DNA from: Actinobacteria bacterium UBA4426
GTDB lineage: Bacteria; Actinomycetota; Actinomycetes; S36-B12
Direction of reading: 5' to 3'
NCBI GenBank assembly: GCA_002390705.1
Contig: DGQA01000002.1
Location: forward strand, 50,845-114,844
Length of the DNA stretch: 64,000 bases
A program made the position numbers and the translations under genes. Below, in pieces: positions 47,426 through 58,234 of this stretch; within the stretch, counting starts at the first letter, position 1; each line of letters opens with the position of its first letter. The notes under the pieces were generated by a model, which saw only the letters and a program-made list of their open reading frames with translations, was not told where the DNA came from and did no database searches.

Positions 47426-48790
47426 ATGGACTCCACGCCTACCAAGCAGCATGTGGAAACGGAATTCAAATTTCGGGTACCAGCAAATTTTGAGTTGCCC
47501 AGTTTCCCACAATCTCTGGGCACTTGGACCACCGAAGCAACTCGAAACATGGATGCTATTTACTGGGACACAACCGATGCGACCCTTCTACGGTGGGGAA
47601 TCACAATGCGCACGCGCAGCGGAGGCGGTGATGATGGCTGGCACCTGAAAATCCCCACTCGTCCCCGGGAACAGCCCAAGGGCGCAAGTGTGCGGACTGA
47701 ACTTCACCGCGATCCCACCAGTGCAACTCCTCCAATTGAATTCCTTGAAATGCTGTCAACAGTTTTACAAGGATCCGATGTCCTGCCAATTGCTCGTGTC
47801 CGCACCGAACGCAATCCCCAGGCTCTTACTGGCCCATCTGGTCAGATAGTTGAATTGGTCGACGACCGCGTCACTCTGACCCGAAACGAAGTAATCGTTG
47901 ATCAATTTCGTGAAATAGAAATTGAACTCACCAGCGAGCTGGGGCTGCCCGATGCGCTTCTCATCTGTGAGATCCTTCGTAATGCGGGAGCCCACACTAG
48001 TTCGGTAAGCAAAGCAGCCAGCGCATTTGGGCCAGACGCGAAAAAGCAACCTGATGTTCCTCGACTCCCCACGCCCGATCGAACCGATCTGCCATGTGAC
48101 TTGATCCGTTGGGCTCTTTCCCGCCAAGTTCGCAAGATTTTTTACGCTGAGCTCACCAGTAGGTTGGCCGGCGACACGCATGGACTCACTCGTGAACTCA
48201 TCGAACTTGATGCCCTGCTTAAGGCGCTTCGGGACTGGCTCAATCAAGCTGAACAGGAATTTCTCGAGGAAGACCTCACGTGGCTGATTCGTGAATTGAG
48301 TATCGCAGCTGAACTGGCAGATCAACACGCACAAGCACGAGCACTCGTTAACTCACTATCGGACCCACTCGATCCAGATAAAGCCGCGGCAGCGGTTGAT
48401 CAATACTTCGCGGGAAAAATTGAGGCAGCCAGATCAAGTCTGCAGGCCGCTCGCCGCAGTGATCGCTACCTATACCTCTTTAGCGATCTGATCAACTTGG
48501 CTTGCGTTCCCGCGGTGACTCCACGTGCCTATGAGCCCCGGAACCTGTGGGAAAATATCTCCCGCAACCCGTGTGATCGGCTCACGATTGCAGTGCATTT
48601 CGGGGCCATCTTTAAGAAGAAAAGTAAGCGCCTTAAAAAAAACCTTCACTGCTCTCAGACAAAGACTGGGCGAGTAAATGCAAGTGAGATGCTTCGAGCG
48701 ATTGCCCTTTCAGGAAAAATTGATCCGGCTGTGATTTTCACTTTGGGCGTTTCCCTAGGCGCCGCGATTCATGCAGAAGACGCGTCGTGA
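47426..48790 (+). CDS. CYTH domain protein with a degenerate CHAD-like C-terminus
   Basis: ETEFKF, YWDT, RTRSGG.DDGWHLK, FREIEIEL, SKA; helical C-terminal half with RSDRY. Confidence 0.8.
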   Translation: MDSTPTKQHVETEFKFRVPANFELPSFPQSLGTWTTEATRNMDAIYWDTTDATLLRWGITMRTRSGGGDDGWHLKIPTRPREQPKGASVRTELHRDPTSATPPIEFLEMLSTVLQGSDVLPIARVRTERNPQALTGPSGQIVELVDDRVTLTRNEVIVDQFREIEIELTSELGLPDALLICEILRNAGAHTSSVSKAASAFGPDAKKQPDVPRLPTPDRTDLPCDLIRWALSRQVRKIFYAELTSRLAGDTHGLTRELIELDALLKALRDWLNQAEQEFLEEDLTWLIRELSIAAELADQHAQARALVNSLSDPLDPDKAAAAVDQYFAGKIEAARSSLQAARRSDRYLYLFSDLINLACVPAVTPRAYEPRNLWENISRNPCDRLTIAVHFGAIFKKKSKRLKKNLHCSQTKTGRVNASEMLRAIALSGKIDPAVIFTLGVSLGAAIHAEDAS

Positions 48791-49704
48791 GCAAAATAAT
48801 TAGTGCAGCGGGAGTCGTTCTCCTTCGTAATAATGAAGTACTGCTCGTACACCGCCCTCGATACGACGACTGGTCATTTCCCAAAGGGAAAGTAGACGGA
48901 GCTGAACTGCTTCCGCTCACAGCAGTTCGAGAGTGCGATGAGGAAACTGGCTTTCTTGCCGTACTGGGACCTCATATTGGTGTGGACCGGTATGACATTG
49001 CTGAAGGAAGGAAAGAAGTTCACTACTGGCGGGCACACGTCCGAGAAGATCTTGGTTTTGCCCCCGATGAAGAAGTCGACAAAATCGCTTGGATCCCCGT
49101 TGACGGAGTAGCCTCTCACCTGACCTACCCCACAGACCTGGAGTTCCTTCAGAGCGCCCTGGTACTGCCTCCTACTTCACCTCTGGTCATTCTTCGACAC
49201 GCAAAAGCTGTTAAGCGATCCGACTTCACTGGGAAACACGACAGCGATCGACCGCTGTCAGGCCGTGGGCGGCGCCAAGCAAAAATAATCGCCGAAGCTC
49301 TCGAGGGGTACGGAATTGAACGGGTAATCAGTTCCCCCATGCAACGCTGTCAAGAAACAGTAAAAAAATTCATGAAACAACTATCCACCACCCCAATTTT
49401 GGTCGATGCTCTCAGTGAATCGGGCTACGAACAACACCCCCAAAATCTCCAACCTGCGATTGAGTTGGCCATGGGAAATCCCGCACCCACCGTCCTGTGT
49501 TCGCACCGGCCCGTACTTGACGCAATCCTGAAAACTGTCGCCACAGCAGGAGGGGTCTCCCAGGTAGAGCGAATCGAAGAGATTTGGTCTACCAACCTTT
49601 CCCCAGGATCATTTTTTGTGGCGCACCGTCATATTGACGCTGAGGGCACTGTGAAAGTTGTGGCCATAGAGCATCATGAGGTCCCTGGGAATCAGGAATC
49701 CTGA
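48787..49704 (+). CDS. mutT1: NUDIX hydrolase fused to a histidine phosphatase domain (MutT1-like)
   Basis: HRPRYDDWSFPKGK, AVRECDEETG Nudix box; LRHAKA...RPLS phosphatase motif. Confidence 0.88.
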   Translation: MSKIISAAGVVLLRNNEVLLVHRPRYDDWSFPKGKVDGAELLPLTAVRECDEETGFLAVLGPHIGVDRYDIAEGRKEVHYWRAHVREDLGFAPDEEVDKIAWIPVDGVASHLTYPTDLEFLQSALVLPPTSPLVILRHAKAVKRSDFTGKHDSDRPLSGRGRRQAKIIAEALEGYGIERVISSPMQRCQETVKKFMKQLSTTPILVDALSESGYEQHPQNLQPAIELAMGNPAPTVLCSHRPVLDAILKTVATAGGVSQVERIEEIWSTNLSPGSFFVAHRHIDAEGTVKVVAIEHHEVPGNQES

Positions 49705-49729
49705 TTCTTTCTTCTCAATGTTGATAACT

Positions 49730-49773
49730 GTTCACCTTTCGTTCACTTTGAGGGTTCATTGTGTACACACTGC
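49730..49773 (+). promoter_or_regulatory. PHO-box-like 11-nt direct repeats upstream of pstS
   Basis: GTTCACCtttc (49730), GTTCACTttga (49741), plus GTTCATT (49754) and GTACACA (49763); matches the actinomycete PhoP unit GTTCACC-N4. Confidence 0.75.
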
Positions 49774-49847
49774 AGACCTACTTTTGCCTTTCAGGGTCGA
49801 ACACGACCGCTAAGGTAAACCAACAGAAAACGAATCGGAGTTCATTG

Positions 49848-50807
49848 ATGTCGCAGTTAAAGCGAACACTTCTCGTAGCATCACCGGTCCTTCTCGCAGC
49901 CCTCACATTGAGTGCCTGCGGTGGTTCCAATAACTCAGGTGGCGAAGACGGTGGCAGTGGCCAGATCCGAATTGACGGCTCCTCAACCGTGTATCCCCTC
50001 AGCGCAATCGCCGCTGAAGACTTCCAAGTAGCTAACCCTGGAATCCAAGTAACAGTCGGGTCTTCGGGTACCGGTGGTGGGTTCGAAAAGTTCTGCCGCG
50101 GTGAAACTGACGCTAATGACGCCTCCCGCCCCATCAAAGATTCGGAAATTCAAGAGTGCGCTGATACCGGAATTGAGTACGCGCAACTGACCGTCGCAAT
50201 TGATGCATTAACCGTAGTCGTTAATAAAGACAATGATTTTGCAAACTGCTTGACCACTGAGCAACTGGCTGCAATCTGGGGACCTGACTCAACCATCTCG
50301 AACTGGAACGAAGTTGATCCTTCATTCCCCGACGAGCCACTACCGATTTTTGGTCCAGGAACCGATTCAGGGACATTTGACTATTTCACCGACGTGATCA
50401 ATGGCGAAGAAGGGGTAAGTCGAACTGATTTTACCCCGAGTGAAGACGACAACGTGATTGTTCAAGGAGTTGCGGGCAGCAAGGGCGGCCTTGGCTACTT
50501 CGGGTTCACTTACTTTGAGGAGAATGCCGATCGGCTCAAAGCACTTGAAATCGATTCTGGAGCAGGTTGTGTGGCACCGAGCGCTAAATCGGCACGAGAT
50601 GGCTCCTACACCCCGTTGTCACGCCCCCTGTTCGTGTACCCATCGGTTCAGTCTTTAGCCGACCCAAACGTCTCCGAGTTCTTCCAGTTCTATATTGACA
50701 ACAATGTAGAAATTGCCAAGGCAGCTCTCTACATTCCGCTCAGTGACGCCGCGCAGGAGCAGTTAGTGACTGATTTTGCGGCCTTACTTACCCAAGCAGG
50801 AAATTAG
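49848..50807 (+). CDS. pstS: Phosphate ABC transporter substrate-binding lipoprotein
   Basis: Lipobox LSAC; DGSSTVYP, SGTGGGF, DSGTFDYF, YTPLSRPLFVY. Confidence 0.95.
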   Translation: MSQLKRTLLVASPVLLAALTLSACGGSNNSGGEDGGSGQIRIDGSSTVYPLSAIAAEDFQVANPGIQVTVGSSGTGGGFEKFCRGETDANDASRPIKDSEIQECADTGIEYAQLTVAIDALTVVVNKDNDFANCLTTEQLAAIWGPDSTISNWNEVDPSFPDEPLPIFGPGTDSGTFDYFTDVINGEEGVSRTDFTPSEDDNVIVQGVAGSKGGLGYFGFTYFEENADRLKALEIDSGAGCVAPSAKSARDGSYTPLSRPLFVYPSVQSLADPNVSEFFQFYIDNNVEIAKAALYIPLSDAAQEQLVTDFAALLTQAGN

Positions 50808-50818
50808 TAATTTAATTT

Positions 50819-51754
50819 ATGGAGACTAATACTGTGAGCGAGACTGCCGAAGGGTTATCCCTTCGGCAGTCTCGTCCTCGGTACGGCGAGAAAATAATTC
50901 GTTCTATCTTGGCTCTTGCTGCTTTTGTCTCAATTTTCACCACTTTTGGAATCGTTGTTTCCCTGCTGATTCCTTCAATTGAATTCTTCTTAGAAGTACC
51001 CATTACCGACTTCCTCTTCGGTACCGTCTGGACGCCACTGTTCAAAAATGGCGAATTCGGGGTTATCCCACTACTCAGCGGCACCATTGTCATCACATTG
51101 ATTGCGATCGCCGTCGCCATTCCACTTGGCCTCGGCGCATCAATTTACCTATCCGAATACGCATCAGACCGGGTGCGCAAAGTACTTAAGCCAACCCTCG
51201 AAGTTCTCGCGGGCATACCCACGGTTGTGTTTGGTTTCTTTGCCCTTGAATTCCTCACCCAAGCCATCCTGATCAAAATTTTTCCCGAGATTGAAGTGTT
51301 TAATGCCCTTTCCGCGGGCCTGATCATGGGAGTCATGATCATTCCAACGATTGCATCACTCTCTGAAGACGCAATGGCTGCGGTGCCTTCGGGTTTGCGT
51401 GATGGTGCCTATGCCCTTGGCTCCAGTAAACGCCAAACAGCAATGAAAGTCGTGATGCCCGCGGCTCTATCGGGAATCGTGGCGGCATTCGTTCTCGGCA
51501 TCTCCAGGGCGATCGGTGAGACCATGATCGTGACAATTGCAGCTGGTCTTCAACCGCAACTAAGCTTCAATCCACTCATGGGGATGCAGACCATGACCTC
51601 CTATATCGCTGCCGCAGGATCTGGAGACCTAGCAACCGGGTCTATTGAATACAAATCAATTTTCGCAGTGGGGATGCTGCTGTTTCTCCTCACTTTCATT
51701 ATGAATATTTTTAGTATTCGTTTGGTCCGCCGATTTAGGCAGGCTTATCAGTGA
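50819..51754 (+). CDS. pstC: Phosphate ABC transporter permease
   Basis: LAGIPTVVFG, SEDAM.AVP, SRAIGETM. Confidence 0.95.
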   Translation: METNTVSETAEGLSLRQSRPRYGEKIIRSILALAAFVSIFTTFGIVVSLLIPSIEFFLEVPITDFLFGTVWTPLFKNGEFGVIPLLSGTIVITLIAIAVAIPLGLGASIYLSEYASDRVRKVLKPTLEVLAGIPTVVFGFFALEFLTQAILIKIFPEIEVFNALSAGLIMGVMIIPTIASLSEDAMAAVPSGLRDGAYALGSSKRQTAMKVVMPAALSGIVAAFVLGISRAIGETMIVTIAAGLQPQLSFNPLMGMQTMTSYIAAAGSGDLATGSIEYKSIFAVGMLLFLLTFIMNIFSIRLVRRFRQAYQ

Positions 51755-52632
51755 GCCACATACAATTACCTAATCAACTTGCTGGCAGAGGGACGCCTTT
51801 GCGGGATCGCGTTTTCATGTGGCTGCTTTTTGTCTCGCTCGCCATTGGGGTGTTCACGCTCGTAGTGCTTCTCACCTACGTAACCATTAAAGGTTGGCCA
51901 CGCTTAGACATTCGACTTTTCACAAATATGCCTTCGGTCCGTGACCCAGAAAATGCAGGTGCTCAGTCTGCAATCACTGGGACGCTCTGGGTAATTTCAT
52001 TTACCGCCCTGGTCGCTCTGCCCACCGGGGTTATGGCTGCCCTCTACCTCGAAGAGTTTGCCCGACCCAATAGTCGCTCCCAGCGATTCATTGAGGTGAA
52101 TATTCAAAATCTGGCTGCGGTCCCCTCAATTGTTTACGGGATTTTGGGTCTCGCTGTTTTCGCTCGAGCGCTCGCCTTGGGTCAAAGCGTGATCACGGCA
52201 GCACTGACTCTGGCTTTGCTCGTTCTGCCCGTCATCATTATTTCCACTAGAGAGGCACTGCGTGCTGTGCCCCGAAATATTCGCGACGGCTCCCTAGCCC
52301 TGGGGGCAACCGAATGGCAAACGGCCTACCGGCAAACCCTGCCCGCGGCAATCCCTGGAATTGCTACGGGGACAATCCTGGCGCTTTCTCGGGCAATCGG
52401 TGAAGCGGCACCGCTCCTACTCCTCGGCGCGGTTTCCTTCATTACCTTTAATCCCGATGGCGTCCTGTCAGACTACACAACCCTTCCGATTCAGATTTTC
52501 AACTGGACCAAGGACTCACGCGAAGAATTCCAAGTCCTTGCTGCGGCCACAATCGTGGTCCTACTCCTGATTTTGCTCGCCATGAACTTCGTGGCGATTT
52601 GGATCCGTAACAAAACCCAGAAGCGCTGGTAG
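51751..52632 (+). CDS. pstA: Phosphate ABC transporter permease
   Basis: NLAAVPSIVYG, EALRAVP, SRAIGEAAP. Confidence 0.95.
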   Translation: MSHIQLPNQLAGRGTPLRDRVFMWLLFVSLAIGVFTLVVLLTYVTIKGWPRLDIRLFTNMPSVRDPENAGAQSAITGTLWVISFTALVALPTGVMAALYLEEFARPNSRSQRFIEVNIQNLAAVPSIVYGILGLAVFARALALGQSVITAALTLALLVLPVIIISTREALRAVPRNIRDGSLALGATEWQTAYRQTLPAAIPGIATGTILALSRAIGEAAPLLLLGAVSFITFNPDGVLSDYTTLPIQIFNWTKDSREEFQVLAAATIVVLLLILLAMNFVAIWIRNKTQKRW

Positions 52633-52653
52633 CGCACGCAGTGAAAGGCACAC

Positions 52654-53508
52654 ATGAACCAGCCAAATGAAATTACCATGCACCTTGATCATTCACTCTC
52701 GGCCCGTGGCGCTTCAATTCCCCCTGAGACCAGCGATCCAGTGTTTACCCTTGACAACGTCAGTGTGCTTTACGGCGACTACTCAGCAATTCGCAATGTC
52801 ACCTTGCCAATTGGCAGGAACGAAATCACCGCTTTTATTGGTCCAAGTGGCTGCGGGAAATCAACTTTGCTGCGGAGCTTCAACCGAATGAATGACCTTA
52901 TTCCCGGTGCGCACCTCACAGGAACCGTGGCCTATCACGGAACAGACATTTACGGACCCAACGTCGACCCAATCGAAGTTCGCCGCAAGGTCGGGATGGT
53001 CTTTCAAAAGCCCAATGTTTTTCCCAAGTCAATTTATGAGAATGTGGCCTACGGGCCAAAAGTAAATGGCGCAAAAGGAAATCTTGATGATCTTGTTGAG
53101 GAGTGCTTGAGCAGGGCTGCGTTGTGGAATGAAGTCAAAGACGACCTCAAGAAAAGTGCCTACGCACTTTCTGGCGGGCAGCAACAACGCCTGGTCATTG
53201 CTCGCTGTATCGCGGTAAAACCCGAAGTGATCCTGATGGATGAGCCATGTGCATCCCTTGACCCACTAGCGACCGCAAAGATTGAAGACCTCATGGTCGA
53301 ATTAGCCAGTGACTACACCATTATTATTGTCACCCACAATATGCAGCAGGCGGCCAGAGTGTCCGACCGCACCGCATTCTTTACGGCAGAGCTCGACGAC
53401 AATGGGATCCGGCATGGACGCCTGGTTGAGTTTGGTCGTACCCGCGAACTCTTCAGTTCACCAACCGACCCAAGGACCGAGGACTACATCTCCGGTAGAT
53501 TCGGATAA
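52654..53508 (+). CDS. pstB: Phosphate ABC transporter ATP-binding protein
   Basis: [38 protein letters not shown]. Confidence 0.97.
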   Translation: MNQPNEITMHLDHSLSARGASIPPETSDPVFTLDNVSVLYGDYSAIRNVTLPIGRNEITAFIGPSGCGKSTLLRSFNRMNDLIPGAHLTGTVAYHGTDIYGPNVDPIEVRRKVGMVFQKPNVFPKSIYENVAYGPKVNGAKGNLDDLVEECLSRAALWNEVKDDLKKSAYALSGGQQQRLVIARCIAVKPEVILMDEPCASLDPLATAKIEDLMVELASDYTIIIVTHNMQQAARVSDRTAFFTAELDDNGIRHGRLVEFGRTRELFSSPTDPRTEDYISGRFG

Positions 53509-54192
53509 ATGCGAGCAGTTGCGCTTATTCTTACGTCCACTATTGCTCTTGCTGGCTGTTCCACGGCTAGCAGTTCAGACCCAGGTTTGCCCACCGCCAT
53601 TGCTCCAAGTGTGAGTCCATCAGCAAATATTGTTGACAATGCGATCGAGTCAACAGTGGCGCGCGGTACCGCCCGAATCAGTATCTCAATCGATTCACAA
53701 GATGACCAGGTATCCGGATCTGGCAGTATCGCGCTAGGAAAGAGTCTAGGCGAAATCGGTTGGAACAATGACAACTCCAATGAGTCTTGGATCGACCTAC
53801 TGAACTCAGATGGCACCTACACTTTCGTTGATGACTCCTGGTTTCTTGCCCCAGTAGGGACGAACACACCCACCTCAGGAAATATCTCCCCACTTTCGCA
53901 ACTTGGGAGCCTTCTTCCCGAAGGGGAAAACCCCCTGAAGGGAAGGATCGCTCTCACTATTGAGTCAGGCATGAATTTCTCTGATGAGGAAATTGCCAAC
54001 CTTGCCAAAATCTGCGAAATGGAACTGGCTGTCGAGATAAGACTTGATCCAAACGGCGTAATCAGCTACATCGAAAAATCTTTTGACTGTGTGGGAAATG
54101 AAAAAGTAAGCGTCAACGAACTCTCAGACTTCGGTTCGCCAATCAATCTGTCAACACCCGAAGATGCTTTTTCGATAGATCCGAACCAGTAA
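53509..54192 (+). CDS. Putative lipoprotein (LppX/LprG-like architecture)
   Basis: Lipobox LAGC; acidic beta-rich body; C-terminal SDFGSPINLSTP. Confidence 0.65.
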   Translation: MRAVALILTSTIALAGCSTASSSDPGLPTAIAPSVSPSANIVDNAIESTVARGTARISISIDSQDDQVSGSGSIALGKSLGEIGWNNDNSNESWIDLLNSDGTYTFVDDSWFLAPVGTNTPTSGNISPLSQLGSLLPEGENPLKGRIALTIESGMNFSDEEIANLAKICEMELAVEIRLDPNGVISYIEKSFDCVGNEKVSVNELSDFGSPINLSTPEDAFSIDPNQ

Positions 54193-54196
54193 AAGG

Positions 54197-55516
54197 CTAC
54201 CGTCCGAGCAAATAAGCCGATCCTTTTTGCGACTTGGCACCAGTCACTCGCATTACGCATAGACCACTTTGCACAAGCTTCACTCGTGATTTAGTAAGCG
54301 TGCAGATTCCACGTGACGCAGGTGCGATCCGAACCCGAGGCTTAACCCCAGATCTTGTTTTAACTCCGGCCCATTTGGCTACAAGTCGATGCGTCACCTT
54401 TGCCGGAGGAGTCCGCACCCCGTTGACAACGACAGCACCTACGGCAGCGGAACGAGTGCCCGCACCGAGTTCATTAACCGCCTGAACAACGATCGCCAGA
54501 ACAGATCCAGCTTTTTGGTTTGTCACCACACAGGGCGACGCCGGTGATGTGCATACCGGCGTTAACTCACCAGTTTCTCCCACGAGCGAGACCACAAAAT
54601 TACTGATCACAAGACCGCCGTCGTAGTTTGGGGCATCCCAGGTGAGCGACACTCGCTCCCGAGATTGCGATGTGGCAATCAAGTTCACTGGCTCATTCGG
54701 CGTGGATGTTGGGGGTGGAACGTATTGATTGATCCACGGCAGAAAAGACGTCACGCGCGCATAAATACCGGGGAAGTTCGGCAACGCACACTCATTTCCC
54801 ACACTTGTCACACCCGCTAAGACCGAACCCGTATCGGTAGTAACTACAAGTGGTCCGCCACTGTCCCCTTGGCACGTGTCGATGCCTGCTTGTGGAACGC
54901 CAGCGCAAATACTTTCAGTGTTTCTAAAGGAGCCACCATAGGATCCGCATGCGGTATCACTAGGACCACCGAGAACCGAAACTGTTGCCGCTAGAAGCAC
55001 ATCACTAGCAGCGCCACCATAACTGGTACTTCCCCATCCTGAGATTTGAGCAGCCGTCCCAGCCGCGGGCCAGACCCCTGAGTCTTGGGTTATGGGCAAT
55101 GAAATCGGTTGGACCGTCGGGGAAAAAGTTAGTGGATCCCTCAACTGCAACAATGCCATATCTCCGGTGAACGTATTTGCATTCCAACCCGGATTGATAG
55201 CCACACTCGATACAAAGACACGATTTTGATTCGAGCGCTCGCCGAGATTGGTGACACCCACATATGCTGAGATTTCACTCGGAGCGGCACCTGCGACGCA
55301 GTGAGCCGCCGTCACCAACCACTGGGTTCCGATAATTGATGCACTACACAGTGACGTATTACGAATATTCAGGTTCACTTGCCATGGGACCTGCGCAATT
55401 GCGATCGGTGCTCCACCCACTATTCGCGGTGTCGTGGCTGGGGCCGGAGCCCCCAATCCAATCACGAGGGCCAGTGAGCCCCCGAATGCAATCAGTGCTC
55501 TGATTTTTCGTCCCAC
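54197..55516 (-). CDS. Secreted trypsin-like serine protease (S1A) with a fibronectin type III domain
   Basis: Signal peptide, RIVGG, TAAHC, GDMALL, DTCQGDSGGP; FN3 motifs LTWDAP..DGG and AVNELGAG. Confidence 0.92.
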   Translation of the reverse strand: MGRKIRALIAFGGSLALVIGLGAPAPATTPRIVGGAPIAIAQVPWQVNLNIRNTSLCSASIIGTQWLVTAAHCVAGAAPSEISAYVGVTNLGERSNQNRVFVSSVAINPGWNANTFTGDMALLQLRDPLTFSPTVQPISLPITQDSGVWPAAGTAAQISGWGSTSYGGAASDVLLAATVSVLGGPSDTACGSYGGSFRNTESICAGVPQAGIDTCQGDSGGPLVVTTDTGSVLAGVTSVGNECALPNFPGIYARVTSFLPWINQYVPPPTSTPNEPVNLIATSQSRERVSLTWDAPNYDGGLVISNFVVSLVGETGELTPVCTSPASPCVVTNQKAGSVLAIVVQAVNELGAGTRSAAVGAVVVNGVRTPPAKVTHRLVAKWAGVKTRSGVKPRVRIAPASRGICTLTKSRVKLVQSGLCVMRVTGAKSQKGSAYLLGR

Positions 55517-55544
55517 TATCCAAGTATGCAGGTATGCTGGGGCA

Positions 55545-55742
55545 GTGGATAACAGTCGTTGGTCAATTGGCTCACAAAATTCTTTCCTGTCGATTTACAG
55601 TAAGAACAGTGTCTTGAGCATCGGCTCTATTGGCTCCGCGGGAAGCCTGCTTTCGATCGGCTCATTTGCCAGTGTGGGCAGTATTCTGAGCGCCGTTTCA
55701 TGTACCTCTGTCATGGCCTGGAAGTCAGCAATGAAGTGGTAG
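55545..55742 (+). CDS. Small Ser-rich hypothetical protein with (L)SIGS repeats
   Basis: GTG start; DNSRWSIGSQNSFLSIYSKNSVLSIGSIGSAGSLLSIGSFASVGS. Confidence 0.55.
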   Translation: MDNSRWSIGSQNSFLSIYSKNSVLSIGSIGSAGSLLSIGSFASVGSILSAVSCTSVMAWKSAMKW

Positions 55743-55752
55743 AAGGCCGTGC

Positions 55753-56973
55753 TTAATCGGCAGTAATTCCTTTACCCAGCACTACAATTCCACCCGGGCT
55801 CACCGTGTATCGGGATCGATCGTGTTCAAGATCCACCCCGATTTGGGCATTTTCCGGGATCACGACATTTTTGTCCAAGATCGCTCTACGAACGATCGCA
55901 TTGCGACCGATACGCACTCCCGGCATGATTACACTTCCTTCAACATAGGCACCGGACTCAATACTTACGCTTGTGGCAATCACTGAGGTCCGCACGTGAC
56001 CCCCAGAAATGATGCTGCCCGCACCCACCATGGATTCGTGAGCATTCCCCCCTTCCACAAATTTGGCCGGAGGTAGTGGCGGGATATTTGAGAGGATTGG
56101 CCAACGCCGGTTGTAAAGATTAAACACCGGGTGGACTGACACCAGATCCAAGTGTGCGTCATGATAACTGTCGAGGGAACCCACATCGCGCCAATAGCCA
56201 GAGTCTCTGTCAGTTGCTCCTGGGACGATGTTGAACGAGAGGTCGTACACAAAAGCGTGACCCTGCTCGGTGAGCATAGGAATAATGTTTCCCCCCATGT
56301 CGTGAACGGATCCCGGATCAACGGCATCAGCTCTCAGTGCTTCCAACAACACGTCCGTGCTAAAAACGTAGTTTCCCATTGACACAAAACTTTCTTCGGG
56401 TGAACCGGGAATACTTGGTGGGTCAGCCGGCTTTTCCAAAAAGTTCGCAATTTTATGGCCATCGGGGCCAACTTCGATTACACCGAACTCACTGGCGCTA
56501 GCGCGAGGGCGACGCAGTCCAGCAACGGTCACGCCGGCACCGCTGTCAATATGCGCCTCAATCATTTGCATTGGATCCATGCGGTACACGTGGTCGGCAC
56601 CAAAAACTACTACGTAGTCTGGATTTTCGTCATAAACCAAATTCAAGCTCTGATAAATCGCATCAGCACTTCCAGTGAACCATCGAGGACCAAGGCGTTG
56701 CTGGGCTGGTACCGGAGTCACGTAGTCGCCAAGCAGTGTCGGCATACGCCAGGTTTGGGTGATGTGACGATCGAGTGAGTGTGATTTGTACTGGGTCAAC
56801 ACACACACTCGGCGCAACCCCGCGTTGATGAGGTTCGAAAGCACAAAGTCAATCAGTCGGTACGAGCCCCCAAATGGAACGGCAGGCTTTGCTCGGTCTG
56901 CGGTAAGTGGCATGAGCCGTTTTCCCTCACCGCCAGCGAGCACCATGCAGAGAACTCGCGGGTCGTGTGCCAT
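55753..56973 (-). CDS. glgC: Glucose-1-phosphate adenylyltransferase
   Basis: [42 protein letters not shown]. Confidence 0.97.
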   Translation of the reverse strand: MAHDPRVLCMVLAGGEGKRLMPLTADRAKPAVPFGGSYRLIDFVLSNLINAGLRRVCVLTQYKSHSLDRHITQTWRMPTLLGDYVTPVPAQQRLGPRWFTGSADAIYQSLNLVYDENPDYVVVFGADHVYRMDPMQMIEAHIDSGAGVTVAGLRRPRASASEFGVIEVGPDGHKIANFLEKPADPPSIPGSPEESFVSMGNYVFSTDVLLEALRADAVDPGSVHDMGGNIIPMLTEQGHAFVYDLSFNIVPGATDRDSGYWRDVGSLDSYHDAHLDLVSVHPVFNLYNRRWPILSNIPPLPPAKFVEGGNAHESMVGAGSIISGGHVRTSVIATSVSIESGAYVEGSVIMPGVRIGRNAIVRRAILDKNVVIPENAQIGVDLEHDRSRYTVSPGGIVVLGKGITAD

Positions 56974-57067
56974 GAGTGGAGCCTAAGGGCTCACCGGTAA
57001 TTACCGCACGAGTTCAACTAAAGACTCCACCCTGATCCTTGACTGTTCACCTCCCTAGGCTTGATCC

Positions 57068-58234
57068 GTGCGAATCGCTTTATTGACTAAAGAATGGCTA
57101 CCGCAGATTTACGGTGGTGCCGGAGTCCATGTTCAATACTTAGTCCCAGCCTTATCCGCGCAGATCACCGTTGACGTGCATGCCTTCGGGACCAGTTACA
57201 CCGATGCTCGCGCTCACGCCACACCCCAATTCCTAGAAGGTGCCAATCCTGCGCTAGAAACCCTCGGGGTGAACCTCGACATGGTGCGCTCCATTTCCCA
57301 ATCAAAAATAGATCTCATCCACTCACACACCTGGTATTCAAATTTTGCTGGGCAAAGTGCAGCCCTGTTGCAGGGCATTCCACTCGTTGTCACTGCCCAC
57401 TCACTTGAACCAATGCGTCCGTGGAAAGAAGAGCAACTAGGGGGTGGCTACCGTGTCTCATCGTGGATTGAAAAGAGCGCCTACGAGGGCGCGGCAGCAA
57501 TTATTGCCGTTTCGCAGGGAATGAAAGCAGATGTTCTCACTTGTTATCCGAATGTTTTACCAGAAAATGTGCACGTAATTCATAACGGGATCGACACAGA
57601 TATTTACCGACCCGATCCATTAATTGATGCATTGGAAAAATACAGCATTGATTTGCAAAGACCATACTCGCTTTTTGTTGGTCGAATTACCCGACAAAAG
57701 GGTCTTACTCATTTACTCAAGGCCGCAAAAAACTTTGACCCGCACATTCAAGTTGTGTTGTGTGCGTCGGCACCCGATACTCCCGAGATTGCGGCGGAAG
57801 TTTATCAACTCGTGGCCGAACTGAAGGCATTGCGTGGCCCGGAAAATATCATCTGGATCACAGAGCAAGTCCCCCGAGATGAGCTCATCCAATTACTCAC
57901 CCACGCAAGTGTTTTCACCTGCCCATCAATCTACGAACCACAGGGAATTGTGAACCTTGAGGCGATGGCTTGTGAGACAGCCGTCGTGGCAAGTGACGTC
58001 GGTGGGATCCCTGAAGTGGTGACAGATGGGGTTACCGGCGTGCTCGTGCATTATGACCAACATGAACCGCATGAGTTCGAAAAAAGGTTTGCTGAGCAGG
58101 TGAATCGAGTCGTGGCAGATGCCAACCTTCAGCATCAATTTGGAATAGAAGGGCGCACACGAGCGATGAGCCATTTTGCTTGGGATGCAATCGCCGAGTC
58201 AACAATTGATCTATATCGGTCGGTGCTCCGTTGA
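57068..58234 (+). CDS. glgA: GT4 glycosyltransferase GlgA/GlgM (maltose-1-phosphate synthase)
   Basis: YGGAGVHV, HSHTWY, AHSLEP.RPWK.EQLGGGY, GRITRQKG, YEP.GIVNLEAMAC; divergent from glgC. Confidence 0.93.
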   Translation: MRIALLTKEWLPQIYGGAGVHVQYLVPALSAQITVDVHAFGTSYTDARAHATPQFLEGANPALETLGVNLDMVRSISQSKIDLIHSHTWYSNFAGQSAALLQGIPLVVTAHSLEPMRPWKEEQLGGGYRVSSWIEKSAYEGAAAIIAVSQGMKADVLTCYPNVLPENVHVIHNGIDTDIYRPDPLIDALEKYSIDLQRPYSLFVGRITRQKGLTHLLKAAKNFDPHIQVVLCASAPDTPEIAAEVYQLVAELKALRGPENIIWITEQVPRDELIQLLTHASVFTCPSIYEPQGIVNLEAMACETAVVASDVGGIPEVVTDGVTGVLVHYDQHEPHEFEKRFAEQVNRVVADANLQHQFGIEGRTRAMSHFAWDAIAESTIDLYRSVLR

